Below are positions 59,142 through 64,000 of a stretch of DNA of 64,000 bases, piece after piece; position 1 is the first letter of the stretch, and every line of letters begins with the position of its first letter. Position numbers and translations under genes: made by a program. Where the stretch lies: the NCBI RefSeq assembly GCF_006345805.1, contig NC_043000.1, positions 156,302,001 through 156,366,000 of the forward strand. The letters run 5' to 3'. A model generated the notes under the pieces. The model was not told where the DNA came from and did not search any database. It saw nothing but the letters and a program-made list of their open reading frames with translations. This DNA comes from Octopus sinensis. Taxonomy: Eukaryota.

Positions 59142-60259
59142 AGTATATATATATAAGCATAAATATTGAAGTGTATCTGTTAAAATAATTACTCTAATAG
59201 TATTTATCTTTTTTTCTTTCACTTTACACTATCAGTGAGCACGCTTCAATGACTTGTGTTGTCAAGGAAACAAGACTGATTTTGTAGGGATTTTTATTGT
59301 CTAAATACATTTGTCATAAGCAATAAAAATGCTGCTGTAGTTTTCAGTTTTCTGGGGTTTTTTTTAAACATAAACATGGAACAATTGACATACATAAATA
59401 CATACATACGCACACATGTACATATATGTTATGTATGTATACACATACATATATTTAAGAAGTAACCACAATCAGTTTTCAGTAATGTTAAGACACTCTC
59501 CTATTTGTATGTTTGTGTATTTAATTTTTAACATGTTTTTAAATGTGTCGGTCATTTAATTTTTAATTGTAAGAAAACATATTTGTATATATCCACATGT
59601 GTATGTGTGAACAAGTGTATAATTTATAAATATGTATCATATATATATATGTATAAGATAGATATGCATTATGCATCATATATATATATATGTATAGGAT
59701 AGATATGCATATGTTGTGTATAAGTACATGTAATTTTTTGTGAGTTTGTATACAACTACATATGTATATAGAATATAAATATCAAATTAACATGGAATTT
59801 AAGACTTTGAATTGCTCACAGTAAAGCAATCAAGAATTCCCTATTTGTATCCCCAACTCTCAGATATACACACAAAACTCTCTATATATAGTGTAATGAT
59901 TTCCTAAATCACCCCATCCCCCCATTTAACCTTTATACTCATTGTTAATGTTATGTCAACATTGAATTAGGATTTAAGACTGTACTGTTTGCGAGATCAT
60001 CATCATTATTATCATTATCATCATTACCATCCGTCTCTTGCTTCTTGTCAATGTCTATTGTACACAGTATTTTCTTTTGTAAATGTATTAATCTTGATAT
60101 GTTCCTCCTGCATTGTCATGATGATAGGCAGTTGTTGTGGCAAAATAAAATGTTGTATTATTATTATTATTATTGTCATCATTATCATTATTATCAGTGT
60201 AAAAATATATCATCATCATCATCATCATTGTTTTTCTAATCATATATCTGTGTATATAT

Positions 60260-60260
60260 G

Positions 60261-60302
<42 letters not shown>

Positions 60303-60462
60303 GTGCATATATATATATGCAGATGTATATATGTATATTCATATTCATATTGTGTGTGTGCATACACATGTACAAATGTGTGTGTGTGTGTGTATATATA
60401 TATAAATACATATATGCATACACAGACATGTATGCATATATATGTATATCGTACATACATAC

Positions 60463-60499
<37 letters not shown>

Positions 60500-60561
60500 C
60501 ATATATATATACATATATATATATATACATACACAGACATGTATACATATACATGTATATA

Positions 60562-60645
<84 letters not shown>

Positions 60646-60685
60646 TACACACGTATGTGTGTGTGTGTGTGTGTGTGTGTGTATC
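60260..60685. repeat. (TA)/(CA)/(TG) compound microsatellite
   Basis: Direct reading; source of many spurious YI-rich ORFs. Confidence 0.95.
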
Positions 60686-62399
60686 TATTGAAAAGTTTCT
60701 ATTTCAAACAAGATATCATAGCAGTTAACCAATGCTTAGAATGCTTTCATTCCATGTATGGCTAACTTCCAGTCAAATATTATATGTAATTTGTTCTCTG
60801 ATTTATTTTGGTATTATATATTTTTGAATAATTTACAGAGTGTATATCTAAGAACAGAATAAAGTAAGAATATCAGTTAACCTCATTATTATAACATCAT
60901 AAATGACACACTCTTTACACGTGTTTCACCAATGTCTGCTAGTATGTCATTTGCTAATCGTTACATAGGCAATTGGATAATCATCTAAAGGTGATTGCAC
61001 AACCACCTTTGAATAACAGATCTTCAGAAGAAGTAATTTATCCCTTTGTTAAATACCATTATCAGCTCTGGCTACTGACTGAGGTTAGGTAATTAACAAT
61101 AGATTAACTTACTATTTTCTCCTGATGATTTGGTATTATAAATGATTATGTAATTGTCTGTGTAACAATTACCGCACAATATTATTCACTAGTGAAGCAT
61201 ATAAATCCTTAGAATCCTTAAAAATGTTTTAGCCTGAAGGCCGCGGCCATGCTGGGGCACCACCGCTAAAGTTTTGTAATTTATGATGTCATAATACTGA
61301 GTTTAACTGAATCTCTTGCTTTATTCTATTCTTTATATATCTATATCTATATATATGTAAGTGCGTATATGTGTGTAGGTATATAAGATGATGATGATGG
61401 TATATGTTTATGCGTATATAGTAGTATATACATGCGTATACTACTATATATGTGTATATGTGTGTGTATGTGTGTGAGTAAAAGTGTTGTTAGGATGGTG
61501 TTAAAAGAATATGTTGTGTAAAAGTGAAATTTTAAAAGAAAAAATATATAATCAAGAATCAATAGAAAAATGTGATTAAAAAATGTGATTATAATTTGTT
61601 TTTTTTGTACTTTTTATCTAAAGATTTGCCAAAAAACTAGTTTTTTAATAGCTAAAATATTGCATTCCATGAAATAAAATTATTTGATTATATTCTCTGT
61701 TTTTTTTTTTTTTCTAAAGAGGCACAACATCTCAGATTTTTTAGGGGTTCAGGAAAATAGGTAATTGTAGTGTTCCTGCCTTTCCTAAGGGCATTAGCAA
61801 CATTAGAGTGAAGAAATAGTTGCAAACGGTAACCAAAATCACGTTGAGGATTTGGAATGTTGGAAGCTAACCATCTACTCTACGGTGACTGTCACACATG
61901 TATATTATTATTATTAATTGTAGTAGTAGTAACTGTATTAGTAGTAATGGTAAAATGCTAATAATAATAATAATAATAATAATGGTAGTAATAATAATAA
62001 TCAATTCTTTTTTATTGGCCACAAGGGCTGGTAATAATCTTTTCTAACAAAGGCAGAAGACTAGGAATTTGGGCGGAGGAGGTTGTTGATTAAATGGACA
62101 TCAGTACTTGGCTAGTACTTTATTTTATCAACCTCCAACTTCCCAGAATAATGAAAGGCAAATTTGACCCCCAATGGAAATTTGAAGTCAGAATGTAAAG
62201 GGAGATAACTAAATATAGCACAGTTTTTCTGACGGTCTATTGATTTTCCTAATACACCGCCATAATAATAATAATAATAATAAATAATAATAATAATAAT
62301 AATAATAATATTGTTTCAGTTCTGAGCCCTTTGATCATGGTGTTTTTGTCTATATTGATATAAAAATGGTGTATAAAAAACAGATTATATGAGTGAGTG

Positions 62400-62444
62400 A
62401 ATATACATACACACACACATGCATACATACATACATGTATAAGT

Positions 62445-62495
<51 letters not shown>

Positions 62496-62756
62496 TATAT
62501 ATATATATAGGTATATATATATAGGTATATATGTATATATATAGGTATATATGTATATATATATATATAGGTATATATATATATATATATAGGTATATAT
62601 GTATATATATATATAGGTATATATGTATATATATATATAGGTATATATGTATATATATATATAGGTATATATGTATATATATATAGGTATATATGTATAT
62701 ATATATAGGTATATATGTATATATATATATAGGTATATATATATATATATATATGA
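62400..62756. repeat. (TA)n with a higher-order GGTATATATGTATATATATATA unit
   Basis: Direct reading. Confidence 0.9.
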
Positions 62757-63115
62757 TGGAACCAATGCTAGTTGGTAAGTATGTGTGTGTGTGTTTGTGT
62801 GTGTATGTGCATGAGTGCTATATGGAACTCTTTTTAAAGAAATATATAAGGGTGAAAAACATGAAATTATATAAACACGTGAAGGTGAAAAAAAAAATTT
62901 TGGTTATCATCTTTTCATTTCTTTTTCTTTTCACATTATTTCCCCCCCCCCAGTTCCATTCTCTAACATTTTCGTCAGGTGCTAAATTTACTAAATCAGA
63001 AAGACATATATATATAACATTTGTGCCTGCAAAGACAAACGAACAAACATATATGGATAGAAACACACACACACATACACACACATATACATGCATACAT
63101 ACATACATACATACA

Positions 63116-63149
<34 letters not shown>

Positions 63150-63359
63150 CATACAGATGTATCTAAATAAATTTGTACATTAGTTCATAGTGCATTTCAT
63201 AATTACATATAGAAATTGTAACAAGCAAACACACGTACTTATATACACACAAGCATATATACATACACTGATACAACCATACAAACATACATATATATGT
63301 TTGCATTCATTACATTTATACATCTATGTATGTGTGTGTATGTATTTATATATATATAT

Positions 63360-63412
<53 letters not shown>

Positions 63413-64000
63413 TATATATATGCATACACACATATACATAGATACATATACATGCACACACACACACACACACAGATATATGTAAACATGCTAAACATGC
63501 ATTCATATTCACCATATATCTAGTGAAGGTGAAGAACTAAAGATCAGTGTGTACTGAGTCTATGAAAATGTAACACACACACATGTATATATTCACTGTA
63601 TGTAGTTGGTACTTGTTTTTGAAATAGCAAAGTGTATGTGTGTGTATGTTTGTGTAAAGTCATTGTATGCATTTATTTATGTGTATTGGAGTGTGTGTGT
63701 GTGTGTGTGTATAACTTAATGAATACAGAAGTCATACATGAGCAATTTCAAGTTTCATACTTGGAAAGTGCAGTACTAGAATGTGCTTGTACAACATGAA
63801 ACTTGAAGTAGCTCACATGAACTGCTGCAGTTATCAAATGATAATTTACTCTCGCTGAATTGAGCATTTTATTTACTGATCCTATCATGTGAACAGAACA
63901 TATATATATATATATATATGTATGTGTGTATGTCTGTGTAAATATATATATATTTGTGTTTAACTAGTATATAGACGAGGCAAACACTATCATTCAATAA

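Noticed and set aside
59989-63515. Long YI/HT/VC-rich ORFs
   Set aside because: Translations of dinucleotide microsatellites.
46300-64000. A second host gene downstream of Ars2
   Set aside because: No exon with recognisable protein similarity on either strand; small exons of a large gene cannot be excluded.

Overview
AT-rich, microsatellite- and SINE-dense animal genomic DNA, most likely from an octopus or another coleoid cephalopod (inferred from repeat content, not proven). The only host gene I can support is a + strand, 5'-incomplete Ars2/SRRT (serrate RNA effector) orthologue. It has 18 coding exons between 2109 and 43803, which join in phase into about 789 codons ending ...[20 protein letters not shown]. 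Its introns include a U12 (minor spliceosome) GT-AG intron, a GC-AG intron required by phase, a candidate poison exon and an in-frame alternative donor. The rest is transposon-derived: several tRNA-derived SINE families, RTE and CR1-group LINE fragments, hAT and piggyBac-like MITEs, and non-autonomous Helitrons. The most unusual signal is at least five unrelated small elements carrying type I hammerhead-ribozyme folds, several with Penelope-type inverted-repeat architecture. They include a tRNA-SINE/hammerhead chimera, a hammerhead with a compensatory G3-C8 core, and a roughly 135-bp intact-core hammerhead unit inside a (TA)n tract. All calls are by eye; no searches or folding programs were run.
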